Shown piece by piece: positions 27,801 to 37,511 of a DNA stretch of 64,000 nucleotides. Within the stretch, counting starts at the first letter, position 1, and every line of letters starts with the position of its first letter. The stretch spans positions 36,103 through 100,102 of the forward strand of contig CAZNEE010000002.1 of NCBI GenBank assembly GCA_964572255.1. Direction: 5' to 3'. The notes beneath the pieces were generated by a model. The model made no database searches. It saw nothing but the letters and a program-made list of their open reading frames with translations, and was not told where the DNA came from. A program made the position numbers and the translations under genes. Source of the DNA: an uncultured Planctomycetia bacterium. Its GTDB lineage: Bacteria > Omnitrophota > Gorgyraeia > Tantalellales > Tantalellaceae.

Positions 27801-28148
27801 TTATTTGGTTCTTTTCTGCAGGAAGAATTCAGGTTCTTCCAATATCGGCTCGTAATCTTTCGGCAGCGGCACAGGAAAAGTCGCCACTTCATACACGCCG
27901 ACAACTGCCCTCTTCACGACATTGTAAGTTCCCTGCAGGATCCCCCATGTCAGGCCGGCGAAGATCCCTTTTTCTTGAGTGGCGTCGCCCATGCCTTTTG
28001 TCAGTTCGAACGGGGAGGTCGCTACGTTAGCTATGCCTCTTCCGAGTTTTTTTACGGGTTTATACGTGATGTCCTCATCAGCACAAACCGGTAAAGTGAG
28101 TGAAACCATCATGCCTGCTACAACAAGTGCCACAACAAACTTTTTCAT
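27801..28148 (-). CDS. Small secreted protein, paralog of 659..1006 (TIGR04073-like).
   Basis: 115 aa with a signal peptide. It shares the motifs KLGRG, VVKRAVVGVYEVATFP.P.P..YEPIL.EPEF with the first copy. GGAGGT Shine-Dalgarno. Confidence 0.5.
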   Translation of the reverse strand: MKKFVVALVVAGMMVSLTLPVCADEDITYKPVKKLGRGIANVATSPFELTKGMGDATQEKGIFAGLTWGILQGTYNVVKRAVVGVYEVATFPVPLPKDYEPILEEPEFFLQKRTK

Positions 28149-28230
28149 GTTACCTCCTTTTTCCTTTCGTAAATCGGTGGCTTATTTTATCATATTGTAT
28201 ATCTATACAGAAAGCTTTACAAGTATAAGC

Positions 28231-29754
28231 TCAAGTTCTATCCGCGCCTTTGGGGCTGACCTTGATCGCCCTTTCGGGCCTTACGGGACACTTGTTCTGG
28301 CATATACCGCACCCGATACACAAATCCGGATCAACCCGGGGCTTGCCTATCAGTTCCCCGTCAACTCTTTCCCATTCGATCTTTATCGCTTTTTCAGCAA
28401 CCGGACAATGTTCTTCACACACAAGGCATTTCTGGTTATAAGCCCAGGCAATGCATGTTGAGTGATCAATACCGGCAATCCCGAGTTTTGTGTTCTGCTT
28501 CTTCGGCAAAGGAAGTTTCGGTATCGCGCCTGTCGGGCAAACGTCCCCGCATAAGGTACAGTTATATTCGCAATACCCTATTTCATTCACCAAGTGAGGC
28601 GTCCAGATGCCCCTGAGCCCGCACTGTAGTATTGCCGGCTGGAGGACATTCGTAGGACATACTTTCATGCAATTACCGCACCTGATGCAGCGGTCCATGA
28701 AATCCTCTTCCTTTAAAGCCCCCGGGGGCCTCGTAACAGGTCCGCAGATCTCTTTGCTTTTTCCAAAACGCCATCTGAATCCCAAAGCAAAAACTGAACA
28801 CGCCATTAGAAAAAGAAAGTCTTTCCTGGAAATCCCCCCCTTCTTTCCTTCGGCGGTATCTGTTGAAAGAGGTTTGCTTGATGCCTGAAAAGTGAATTTC
28901 GTTCCCTGCGCAGGGCATTCATAGATGCAGTCCATGCAGAGAATACACTCCCCTTTCATATAATCGGCATTCTCTTTTATCACTCCCATGCGGCATCTTT
29001 CAACACACTTGCCGCAAGTAGTGCATCCCGCATTTATGCGCCGCAGGAGCGAAAATCTTGCTGCAATCGAATATAACGCGCCTAACGGGCAAAGCGTCCT
29101 GCACCATGACCTTGAGATAAAGAGCGCTGCCGAACAAATCAAAAGAAAAACCAGAAATATTATCCCCGCATTAGCAAAATAAAATACTTTGACGCCTAAA
29201 AAAGAAGATTTAAGTGCGCGGTAAGCGTCATATACCGGACCGTATAAATTAAAGGTTTTTATAAGTATGATGAAAAACCTGTCGATCACAAGTGTCGCGG
29301 TCGGTATTAAATTCAAGGAAACAAATCTCGCCACAATGACCATTGGATCCAGGACCCATGCCAGTTGGATCCCAAAAAGAGCCCCCAGGAATACAGCGCC
29401 AAGTATAACGAACTTGGGTTTGCGCACTTTTTTATTTTGTCCATCGTTCAGGACCATTTTTCTTTTTTTCAGCGCGCCCGCGCAATCTATAAAAGTCCCT
29501 AAAGGACAAACCCACCCGCAATAAAACCTTCCGAAAATCAAAGTTAAAACAAGCATCGCTAAAGCGAAATATAATCCCGGCAAAAACAACCGTTCGCTTA
29601 TTGAGGTGAAGATCATGATGTTGGGATTTGTCCTGAAAAAAGTTTCAGGAGGAAGAAGTCCTTTTAAGGGATATGTAGTCGACCAAAGGATATACATGAA
29701 AAGCAGCAGGAAAAATGTTTGTGAGGCCTTTCGTGCAGTTACGAGTTTTTTCAT
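28231..29754 (-). CDS. Membrane-bound polyferredoxin (NapH/MauN/NosR-like) with multiple 4Fe-4S clusters.
   Basis: CGWVCPLG motif in the TM region. At least four CxxCxxCxxxCP motifs (CIRCGNCMKVCP, CTLCGDVCP, CLVCEEHCP, CIGCGICQNKCP). Confidence 0.8.
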   Translation of the reverse strand: MKKLVTARKASQTFFLLLFMYILWSTTYPLKGLLPPETFFRTNPNIMIFTSISERLFLPGLYFALAMLVLTLIFGRFYCGWVCPLGTFIDCAGALKKRKMVLNDGQNKKVRKPKFVILGAVFLGALFGIQLAWVLDPMVIVARFVSLNLIPTATLVIDRFFIILIKTFNLYGPVYDAYRALKSSFLGVKVFYFANAGIIFLVFLLICSAALFISRSWCRTLCPLGALYSIAARFSLLRRINAGCTTCGKCVERCRMGVIKENADYMKGECILCMDCIYECPAQGTKFTFQASSKPLSTDTAEGKKGGISRKDFLFLMACSVFALGFRWRFGKSKEICGPVTRPPGALKEEDFMDRCIRCGNCMKVCPTNVLQPAILQCGLRGIWTPHLVNEIGYCEYNCTLCGDVCPTGAIPKLPLPKKQNTKLGIAGIDHSTCIAWAYNQKCLVCEEHCPVAEKAIKIEWERVDGELIGKPRVDPDLCIGCGICQNKCPVRPERAIKVSPKGADRT

Positions 29755-30734
29755 GAAAGTTTTATCTTTGATATTTTTGCTTTAGAGATATCAGTGCTGC
29801 CGAAACCGCGCTGGGCAGCGGCTTTTATGTAAGGTATCGATAACGGATCCCTTCCCACCAAGGTGCTTGCAAAAGAATCGGCAAGGGTCGGATCGGTCGC
29901 GACCAATACCTTATTCATTTTTAGAACATCAGCCAGACTGCCGCCGCTTGGGCCATGCCTTATGAGAACACGCGTAGCATCTATTACAGTTAAGTCCGGG
30001 CTTATAAAATCCGCGAGGTCCGCCAATTTCGGGCCGATGTTAACGTGTATCAGGCCTCTCGTTCCGCTGCATACACCCATGAGGTTCTTCATTGAAAGCG
30101 TAAGCCCTGTTAAACTGTGATGTTTAAGCACGGGCACATTTATGAACTTATCGCACACTACAGCGTCTCTAAGGATCGGCCAGCCTTCCATCTGGCTTTT
30201 GTACGGAAAATGCGCTCTTACAATATTCCAGTGATCCGCAAAATATACATACGCGCCTTTTTCTTTAGCGGCTTGGGCTATGCCGCTATTTTTATAGCAT
30301 CTTGCATCTTCGTTGCATGGTATATCAAATACATTTACCCTTTTCGCCCCTGCTTTATACGCAAGCTCAACTAATGCGGCAACTACCTTTGGATCGGTAT
30401 TCGCCGCCTGTTCCGGCGTGCGGTCCCAGGCTATGTTAGGCTTTACCACAACAACATCGCCTTTTTTAATGAATTTCTTCATACCGCCCATTTCTTCAAC
30501 GGCCCTGACCGTATTCACATATGGATCATTGCCTTCAGCTTCCACAAGATCATATTTTCCTTTTACTTTGCTTTTCGGCCTGCCGTCTGAAGGTTTTGAT
30601 CTGGCAAACGCATACTTTAGGAACGAGTTGTATGAAATGAAGGAAAGCAGTCCGCCCAGGAGAATTTTCAGGAAGTTTCGGCGTGTGATCTGCTTTTTCA
30701 GATAAGATTCCAGATTATATAAGAATTTTTCCAT
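29751..30734 (-). CDS. Tat-exported DUF362-domain protein.
   Basis: Twin-arginine motif TRRNFLKILLGG. VVVKPNIAW (KPN motif) as I recall for DUF362. A 4-nt overlap with the polyferredoxin gene. Confidence 0.55.
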   Translation of the reverse strand: MEKFLYNLESYLKKQITRRNFLKILLGGLLSFISYNSFLKYAFARSKPSDGRPKSKVKGKYDLVEAEGNDPYVNTVRAVEEMGGMKKFIKKGDVVVVKPNIAWDRTPEQAANTDPKVVAALVELAYKAGAKRVNVFDIPCNEDARCYKNSGIAQAAKEKGAYVYFADHWNIVRAHFPYKSQMEGWPILRDAVVCDKFINVPVLKHHSLTGLTLSMKNLMGVCSGTRGLIHVNIGPKLADLADFISPDLTVIDATRVLIRHGPSGGSLADVLKMNKVLVATDPTLADSFASTLVGRDPLSIPYIKAAAQRGFGSTDISKAKISKIKLS

Positions 30735-31136
30735 CTATGAAAAACTCCAGGGCCACTTCACGCAAGAATCTATCTCGGGAAAAACCACGTAATCAGCCTT
30801 GCCTATAAAAGACAAAGTTTTAACATCGAGATCTTTTAAAAGTTTTTTCGCTTCTTCCATTGTTTTTCCGGACATTGACGCGTCATCGACTAAAAGGACT
30901 TTCTTTACATTTTTCGGAATTTTAAATTCCCCGACACGAACAGGCTTCTCATGGATGGGTTTATTGTCTTTACCGCGGTATTGAAACCGGATAGTTTCTC
31001 TCTCACAGTCTATCCTTTCAGCGACAAGTGCCGCCGGGACAACTCCTCCATCACCAATACCGACAACCAGATCTGCCTTAGGCAGTTCCATACTATCGAG
31101 CTTTTGGAGTATCTCCATAATATTCAGCTCTATCAT
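30735..31136 (-). CDS. Small type-I phosphoribosyltransferase-fold protein.
   Basis: PRPP-binding motif VLLVDDASMSGKTM. 133 aa. Overlaps the upstream membrane-protein gene by 4 nt. Confidence 0.55.
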   Translation of the reverse strand: MIELNIMEILQKLDSMELPKADLVVGIGDGGVVPAALVAERIDCERETIRFQYRGKDNKPIHEKPVRVGEFKIPKNVKKVLLVDDASMSGKTMEEAKKLLKDLDVKTLSFIGKADYVVFPEIDSCVKWPWSFS

Positions 31137-31696
31137 ATGCCCACTCTTTTTTTAAACACAACTAATATCCAATTAACAATAAGAAGCATGACAATGCCAG
31201 GAAGGCCCGTAAAAACTGATCTTAGAAAAAACGCCATGCCGGACGCTTGAGCTCCGGCGAAACTCGGAACAATGCCGAAAATAACACTGGATAGGAACTT
31301 GGCCGCCAAGTAAGACAGGGGGGCAGTCGCGATAAAATTCCTCCAACGCGAATATACAGCGCTCGAAAGGATAGTAAAAATTGCCATCTCTATCGTCAGC
31401 ATCATCACAACATCCGGTGCCGGCATGCCGGTTATGACGGAATTGACAACGGGGGCCAGAAGTCCGGCAATTATCCCCACGCGAGGCCTGCAAAGAACGA
31501 TCCCGACAAACGGCGCGTAGAATATCGGCAGCAGCATCGCTCCTATCGGCACTTCCCCGGAAAAAGGTATTAAATGGAATAATACCGGCAGCAAGCTCGC
31601 ACCGGCAAGGACCAGAAAAGTATTTTTTACGTCAATTGCCACTCTTCTATAGACCGCTATATCCTGCTCGCCTTTCATGAATTCCGATCCCCTCAT
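31133..31696 (-). CDS. Small polytopic membrane protein, possibly an ECF-transporter S-component-like substrate-capture protein.
   Basis: About 6 TM helices, 187 aa, translationally coupled to the PRTase-fold gene. The family assignment is tentative. Confidence 0.4.
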   Translation of the reverse strand: MRGSEFMKGEQDIAVYRRVAIDVKNTFLVLAGASLLPVLFHLIPFSGEVPIGAMLLPIFYAPFVGIVLCRPRVGIIAGLLAPVVNSVITGMPAPDVVMMLTIEMAIFTILSSAVYSRWRNFIATAPLSYLAAKFLSSVIFGIVPSFAGAQASGMAFFLRSVFTGLPGIVMLLIVNWILVVFKKRVGI

Positions 31697-31843
31697 TTAC
31701 CGCTTCCATCCTCTCATCCAAATAAGGATGACTGAAAAAATATAATCCTTATACTCTTAATAATAATAGCACGGCCGAAAGCCATTCATAAAAAGTATAC
31801 ACTGCATATATGAATTTTCAAATGGCAATGCCTGATGCTGCGA

Positions 31844-33007
31844 TTATTTTCCGTATGGAGAGATCTCCCGCAGTCTGGCGATGACTTTTGGAAGGTTTTC
31901 TATGATCTGATCGACGTCTTCCTCATCATTATACCTGCTGAGGCTGAACCGTATCGATCCCTGGATAAAAGTGAACGGTATGCCCATCGCCTGCAATACA
32001 TGCGACGGCGATAACGAGCCTGACGTGCACGCGGACCCGGATGATGCCGCGATATTTTTTTCATCAAGCATTAAAAGTATCGCTTCGCCCTCTATGAATT
32101 CAAACCCTATATTGGTGGTATTGGGAAGCCTGTTTTCTCTTGTGCCGTTAACTCTTGCATCCGGTATTTTCTCTAAAATCTCATTTTCCAATTTATCGCG
32201 CAGACCCTTTATGCGGGTTCTCTCTTCTTCAAATGTTTTCATCGCAAGTTCGCATGCCGTACCAAACCCGACAATTGACGCTACATTTTCGGTACCGCCG
32301 CGCCTGTTATGCTCCTGATGCCCGCCGATCAAAAACGGGGTGAATTTTGTCCCCTTTCTCACATAAAGCGCTCCCACACCTTTCGGCGCGTGCAGCTTGT
32401 GACCTGAAAGCGCCAAAAGATCGACCGGAAGTTGCGTCATCTTAAAGGGTATTTTACCTGCAGCCTGCACCCCATCGGTATGAAATACCACATCTCTCAC
32501 TCTCGCGATCTCAGCGATCTGGTCAACAGGAAAGACCACACCCGTTTCGTTATTCGCATACATTATCGAAATAATAGCCGTATCGGGGTCGATCGATGCT
32601 TTCAGCTCATTAAGGTCGATCATACCCTCATTGTTTACATTCAGATATGTTACTCTGTAACCCACAGTTTCAAGATATTTGCATAGATTAAGCACGGCTG
32701 CATGCTCGACTTTAGTTGTTATAATGTGTCTTTTTTCGGGATAGGATCTAAGCGTGCTGATGATAGCAGTGTTGTCGCTTTCGGTACCGCAGCTTGTAAA
32801 AATGATCTCTTGAGGGTCATTCGCACCGATAAGTTTTGCCACACTTTCTCTTGCCGAATCTATATGTTTTGCGACATTTCCGCCGAATGTATGCATACTG
32901 GAAGGATTCCCGTACCTATCCGTAAGGAACGGCTTCATGGCCTCAAACACTTCAGGCGCTGCCATTGTTGTGGCGTTATTGTCAGCATACACTACTTTTT
33001 TATTCAC
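31844..33007 (-). CDS. nifS: Cysteine desulfurase NifS/IscS.
   Basis: YADNNATT N-terminus, PLP-Lys region (SGHKLHAPKG) and active-site loop SSGSACTSG. Start set at GTG 33007 with a GGAGGAAG Shine-Dalgarno. The GTGA overlaps the nifU stop. The ORF-track start at 33109 would add an implausible Arg/Gly-rich extension. Confidence 0.9.
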   Translation of the reverse strand: MNKKVVYADNNATTMAAPEVFEAMKPFLTDRYGNPSSMHTFGGNVAKHIDSARESVAKLIGANDPQEIIFTSCGTESDNTAIISTLRSYPEKRHIITTKVEHAAVLNLCKYLETVGYRVTYLNVNNEGMIDLNELKASIDPDTAIISIMYANNETGVVFPVDQIAEIARVRDVVFHTDGVQAAGKIPFKMTQLPVDLLALSGHKLHAPKGVGALYVRKGTKFTPFLIGGHQEHNRRGGTENVASIVGFGTACELAMKTFEEERTRIKGLRDKLENEILEKIPDARVNGTRENRLPNTTNIGFEFIEGEAILLMLDEKNIAASSGSACTSGSLSPSHVLQAMGIPFTFIQGSIRFSLSRYNDEEDVDQIIENLPKVIARLREISPYGK

Positions 33008-33882
33008 TCTTTTACTTCCTCCACTTCGATATTCTCGTCCACGACCTCTTTGAGCTTTTTCTCGAGGAACCCCTTTAACGTTATCCCCGAACCGGGACAT
33101 CCCACGCACGCGCCCAAAAATCTTACATAAACCTTGTCCCGGTCAATGTCTACAAGTTTAATATCGCCGCCGTCTCTTTTGAGGTGAGGCCGGATCTCTT
33201 CCTCTATGACTTTTTTCACCAGCTCTATCTTCTCTAAATTCGTGAGTTTCTTGTGCTCGTGTTCAACTCCTGCCCGAGCGCCTTTCGTGGCTTCCTTCTG
33301 CCAGAACTCATCAAGAAGTTTTTGTATCTCCGGCTTGCATTTACCGCATCCGCCGCCGGCTTTCGTAAAGTTGGTAACCTCTTCAACCGTTTTCAGGCTG
33401 TTCTCTTTTATTGCACGGATTATCTTTTTATCCGTTACGCTGAAGCACTTGCAGATTATTTTCTCCTCTTCAACAGTCCCTTTCTTAACGGGTGTACCGC
33501 GATAATTGGCTATCGCTTTCTCAAGCGCTTCCATGCCCATGACCGAGCAATGCATCTTCTCATCGGGAAGCCCTCCCAAATAATCCGCTATATCCTTATT
33601 GGTTATTTTTGAAGCTTCTTCGACCGTCTTCCCCTTGATCATTTCGGTCAAAACCGAAGAAGAAGCTATGGCGCTGGCGCAGCCGAACGTCTGAAATTTG
33701 GCATCCATTATGACATCGGTTTTCTTGTCTATTTTTAACGTCAATTTAAGGGCATCTCCGCAAACAATGTTGCCTACCTCACCGACCGCATCTGGATCTT
33801 CTATCTCGCCCACATTGCGGGGATTTTTGAAGTGCTCCATCATTTTCTCTGTGTAATTCCACATATATCTCCCTGACCTCAA
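33004..33882 (-). CDS. nifU: NifU (three-domain: IscU-like scaffold, central 2Fe-2S domain, C-terminal NifU/Nfu domain).
   Basis: IscU motifs (GDALKL, HCSVMG), a central Cys cluster (CKCF...C..C), and the C-terminal CVGCPGS motif. Confidence 0.85.
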   Translation of the reverse strand: MRSGRYMWNYTEKMMEHFKNPRNVGEIEDPDAVGEVGNIVCGDALKLTLKIDKKTDVIMDAKFQTFGCASAIASSSVLTEMIKGKTVEEASKITNKDIADYLGGLPDEKMHCSVMGMEALEKAIANYRGTPVKKGTVEEEKIICKCFSVTDKKIIRAIKENSLKTVEEVTNFTKAGGGCGKCKPEIQKLLDEFWQKEATKGARAGVEHEHKKLTNLEKIELVKKVIEEEIRPHLKRDGGDIKLVDIDRDKVYVRFLGACVGCPGSGITLKGFLEKKLKEVVDENIEVEEVKE

Positions 33883-34772
33883 TAGATTATACTATACAAA
33901 TATCCAAGAATCACTGAAAGAATACATATCGAACTGATATAAAAAGAAAGTATCTTTATGCCGAATTCTTTTCTTAACACCAGGATCGTGCCGTAACTTG
34001 TTATAGGCCCGACCAGAAGCAAAACTAATCCGGCGCCTACATTCATTCCATGGCCGATCAAAGCATCGATCAGCGGCACGCTTGCCGTTGAACAAAAATA
34101 CATTACGAGCCCGAAAATAATACTGACGGGATATGCCCAAAGACCCGAAAGATAAAGTTTAATAAGTTTCCCCAAAGGGATAAAAGCGGTCACAAATGCT
34201 GCCAATATTAATCCAAGTAAGATCTCAAGCCCGATCTCTCTTGGCATGTCCCAAAAAGCGAATTTTAGGATAGACTTTATCTTCGCCCTCATATTCGCTT
34301 TATGTTCGCAATGATGCATTGCTTCTCCGCATTCCGGACAAACTTCTTCCTTCATCTTTTTTGGTTCATATTTAAAAAAGTTTCCCAGAAGCCCCGTTAT
34401 CACGCCCATGATAATTACTGAGAAAAATATATACACGGTAAATGCCGGGCCCAAAAGACGGTAAGCTACGACCAAAGCGCTTATGGAAGTTGCCGGGGTC
34501 GCCACTAGAAAGGCCAGGATCGGTCCGAGCCGGGCGCCTTTTTTGTAAAAGCTTATAGCTACGGGTAAGGATCCCCAACAGCATATAGGAAGCATTGTCC
34601 CGACGATCGTTGAATAGAAAATGGGCCTTATGCTGCCTTTTCCCAGATATTTCTCCACCCATTCGGTGCGGACAAATTCATGGACTACACCGCTCAGCAG
34701 AAAACCTACCGCTAATGCCGGCACGACCTCTATAAGGTAATGTTTAAATGAATGTATCAGCTGAATGAACAT
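33879..34772 (-). CDS. Predicted permease, COG0701/DUF318 family (ArsP-like fold).
   Basis: About 8 TM helices, a conserved membrane Cys pair (LPICCWGSLP), and a cytoplasmic Cys/His-rich loop (CPECGEAMHHCEH). Confidence 0.55.
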   Translation of the reverse strand: MFIQLIHSFKHYLIEVVPALAVGFLLSGVVHEFVRTEWVEKYLGKGSIRPIFYSTIVGTMLPICCWGSLPVAISFYKKGARLGPILAFLVATPATSISALVVAYRLLGPAFTVYIFFSVIIMGVITGLLGNFFKYEPKKMKEEVCPECGEAMHHCEHKANMRAKIKSILKFAFWDMPREIGLEILLGLILAAFVTAFIPLGKLIKLYLSGLWAYPVSIIFGLVMYFCSTASVPLIDALIGHGMNVGAGLVLLLVGPITSYGTILVLRKEFGIKILSFYISSICILSVILGYLYSIIY

Positions 34773-34809
34773 AATAATTCCTTATATATTACATATTCAT
34801 CTTGCGATG

Positions 34810-35427
34810 TCAAACAAATTGCTGGCCATTTGCAACGTATTCCAATATCACGTCGGCCTGCTTGGATGCGGCAACATTTACTTTGGGCGATGCGGGGGGC
34901 ATGTCCTTAACATCAGATTCCAGATCTCCTATAATTATCAGATTCTCTTTTACCCTATGCACTCTTATACTGTCGCTATCGCCGAATCCTGCGAGGCCTG
35001 AAGCGGAGACGATCATCTTTTTTGTCTCTAAAAGATTAGAGACTAACATCTTTTTCGCCTCCGCCTTATCGAATGCTTCAACAACAATATCGCAATCATC
35101 GAAAAACTCCCGGACATTTGACTCATTGATCCTGCTCTTCGTGATCTCCACTTCAATGTCAGGGTTTATCCTCTCCAGATTTATTTTTAGCGATTCGACC
35201 TTACTTCTCCCTATCTGGTCGAAAAAATAGAATTGCCTGTTAAGATTCGAATGGTCAATTGTATCGAAATCAATTATTTTAAATCTTTTAAATCCCGCTC
35301 TGACAAGATTGGAAGCGCAATTTGAGCCTAACCCTCCGGCGCCCGCTATCCCGATCTTGACAGATCGGACTTTATCGAAAACTTCTCTCCCTAACTGTGC
35401 TAAAACTTTTTCCTCAAAAATATTCAT
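34810..35427 (-). CDS. thiF: ThiF/MoeB-family E1-like adenylyltransferase (ThiS-activating).
   Basis: Rossmann GxGxxG (IAGAGGLGS). ATG at 35427 forms a TAATG overlap with the thiH stop. The track's longer TTG start at 35442 is possible. Confidence 0.8.
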   Translation of the reverse strand: MNIFEEKVLAQLGREVFDKVRSVKIGIAGAGGLGSNCASNLVRAGFKRFKIIDFDTIDHSNLNRQFYFFDQIGRSKVESLKINLERINPDIEVEITKSRINESNVREFFDDCDIVVEAFDKAEAKKMLVSNLLETKKMIVSASGLAGFGDSDSIRVHRVKENLIIIGDLESDVKDMPPASPKVNVAASKQADVILEYVANGQQFV

Positions 35428-36533
35428 TAGATCTCCATCCAATCTTTAAATACGGGCTGATAACCTTTTAGCAGCAGCATATTTTTAATTTCCGCAACAT
35501 CTCTCTCGTCCGATATTTCAAATTGCACCGGATTAGTACTATCCCCGTATGTATGTCCGCCAACCGCGGTCGTTGATCCGGCCGAAATTTTTGTGACGCC
35601 CAAGGGAATAAGATTTTCACGCAGTTTGGCATTTTCTCGGGTCGATAAAGTGATCCCCAGTCTCGGAAGAAAGATACGCAAAGCCAGTATGATCTGGACT
35701 ATGTTCTTGTCCGTCACGTTATGCTTCGGCTTGAAATTGTCTGTCTGCGGTCTGATCCTCGGTACCGATATGCTGAAATCTATATCGGAATATTTATTCT
35801 GCAAGTACTCGGCATGAAGTCCGGTAAAGAACGCTTCCTTCCTCCAGTCATTAAGCCCCAATAATGCTCCGATATTTATAAATCGCATGCCCCGCTTCGC
35901 GGCTCTTTCCGGAGCATCCAGCCTGAACAGATAATTTTTTTTCGGGCCTGAAGGATGCATCCTCTTGTATATTTCTTCATCATAGGTCTCCTGATAGATC
36001 GTAAAACCGTCAACTCCTTCTTTTACCAGATCACCGTATTCATCTTCATTGAGCGCGTAAATTTCTATGGATATGGAACTAAAGAATTTTTTCAGGATCC
36101 GTACGCATTCTTTTATATAGGATACCGGACTTTCTTCTCTTGATCCCCCTGTCAAAACGAGGACATGTTTTAATCCCGTGGACGCAATGAAAGAAGCTTC
36201 CTTCTCCACTTCTTCAAAGGTAAGTTTTTTTCTTTCAATTATACTCTTCGCGTTAAAACCGCAATAAAGGCACTCATTATCACAGTAATTTGAAAGATAC
36301 ATAGGCGTATACAGCTGGATCGTCCTTCCGAAATATTGCAGGGTTAATGCATGCGCTTTTTGCGCTATTTCCTCAAGATGTGCTTCCGCTTTCGGCGATA
36401 ATAACGAAAGAAACTCTTCAAAACTTGATTTTTCGGATCGCAAAGCTCCCGCGATATCTTCATCAGTAACATCCGAAAGAAAATTCTCCAGATCCAGATC
36501 CTTATATCTCGTGTAAATATCGTAAAAACTCAT
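35427..36533 (-). CDS. thiH: Radical-SAM 2-iminoacetate synthase ThiH (tyrosine lyase).
   Basis: [10 protein letters not shown] radical-SAM motif. 368 aa. Sits between thiG and thiF. Confidence 0.8.
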   Translation of the reverse strand: MSFYDIYTRYKDLDLENFLSDVTDEDIAGALRSEKSSFEEFLSLLSPKAEAHLEEIAQKAHALTLQYFGRTIQLYTPMYLSNYCDNECLYCGFNAKSIIERKKLTFEEVEKEASFIASTGLKHVLVLTGGSREESPVSYIKECVRILKKFFSSISIEIYALNEDEYGDLVKEGVDGFTIYQETYDEEIYKRMHPSGPKKNYLFRLDAPERAAKRGMRFINIGALLGLNDWRKEAFFTGLHAEYLQNKYSDIDFSISVPRIRPQTDNFKPKHNVTDKNIVQIILALRIFLPRLGITLSTRENAKLRENLIPLGVTKISAGSTTAVGGHTYGDSTNPVQFEISDERDVAEIKNMLLLKGYQPVFKDWMEI

Positions 36534-37306
36534 TTCTCGTCCCGTAAAAATCCGGTTAAAGGCGATGATGCGCTTGCGATCTCCGAAGTTTCGCCTGTTC
36601 CTGAAGTATACGCAAGCCTTCCTGCTTTTACCGCCGCGCTGAATGCGCGCGCCATGTTCACCGGATCTTTTGCCGTAGCTATGGCGGTATTTACAAGTAC
36701 CGCATCACAGCCAAGTTCCATGCAGCGAACGGCATCTGACGGTCTTCCAAGCCCCGCATCAACTATAACAGGCACATCTATCTCGTCCACCATGATCTTT
36801 ACCAGTTCTTCTGTTTTTATTCCCCTGTTACTCCCAATGGGTGAACCCAGCGGCATGACTGCCGCGGCGCCTGCCTCAGCCATTCGTTTGGCAGATGCAA
36901 GATCCGGGCTCATATATGGTAGAACTATAAACCCTTCACTTACAAGTACTTGTGTAGCTTTTAATGTTTCCATGTTATCCGGAAGCAAATATTTATTGTC
37001 GTTGATCACTTCGATCTTTATCCAATCTCCGCACCCGGATGCCCTTGCAAGTCTGGCTATTCTCACAGCTTCTTCCGCATTTCTCGCGCCTGAAGTATTG
37101 GGCATGAGAATGCGATCCTCAGGAATATAATTCAGCACGTTTTCTTCATCAGCTTCTGCATCAACTCTTCTTAACGCTACAGTAACAACATCGACTTCGG
37201 AAGCTTCCAGGACATCTTTTATTATGGGTTTGTTCGGGAACTTTCCGGTACCTATAAATAATCTGTTCTTGATTATTTTATCGCCTATACGCAAAAAATC
37301 TTCCAT
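36530..37306 (-). CDS. thiG: Thiazole synthase ThiG.
   Basis: [11 protein letters not shown]-terminus, TIM barrel, 258 aa. A GGAGGAGGA Shine-Dalgarno. Confidence 0.9.
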   Translation of the reverse strand: MEDFLRIGDKIIKNRLFIGTGKFPNKPIIKDVLEASEVDVVTVALRRVDAEADEENVLNYIPEDRILMPNTSGARNAEEAVRIARLARASGCGDWIKIEVINDNKYLLPDNMETLKATQVLVSEGFIVLPYMSPDLASAKRMAEAGAAAVMPLGSPIGSNRGIKTEELVKIMVDEIDVPVIVDAGLGRPSDAVRCMELGCDAVLVNTAIATAKDPVNMARAFSAAVKAGRLAYTSGTGETSEIASASSPLTGFLRDEK

Positions 37307-37309
37307 ACA

Positions 37310-37510
37310 TCATCCTCCTCCTACAAAACTTACAATTTCTATATTGTCTTCTTCTTTCAGGATTATCGCTTCCCATTTTTCTTTCGGTATGATCTCGAAA
37401 TTATGTTCAATGACTATTGCGTCTTGGTTTAATCCTCGATCGGCAACTAATTCAAAAAGATTAGTTGCGGCATTTATTTCATTTTCTTTACCATTTATTT
37501 TTATCAGCAT
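37310..37510 (-). CDS. thiS: Sulfur carrier protein ThiS.
   Basis: 66-aa beta-grasp protein ending ...VGGG. Confidence 0.85.
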   Translation of the reverse strand: MLIKINGKENEINAATNLFELVADRGLNQDAIVIEHNFEIIPKEKWEAIILKEEDNIEIVSFVGGG

Positions 37511-37511
37511 C

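Noticed and set aside
27668-27904. 78-aa Cys/Arg-rich ORF overlapping the DUF4126 gene start and the TIGR04073-like gene end
   Set aside because: It overlaps two better-supported genes on the same strand in another frame. It has no ribosome-binding site. It is likely spurious.
31697-31843. Riboswitch in the leader of the membrane-protein/PRTase pair
   Set aside because: Only a simple 8-bp hairpin (ATAAGGAT/ATCCTTAT) is visible. No preQ1, THI or purine aptamer motifs are recognisable.
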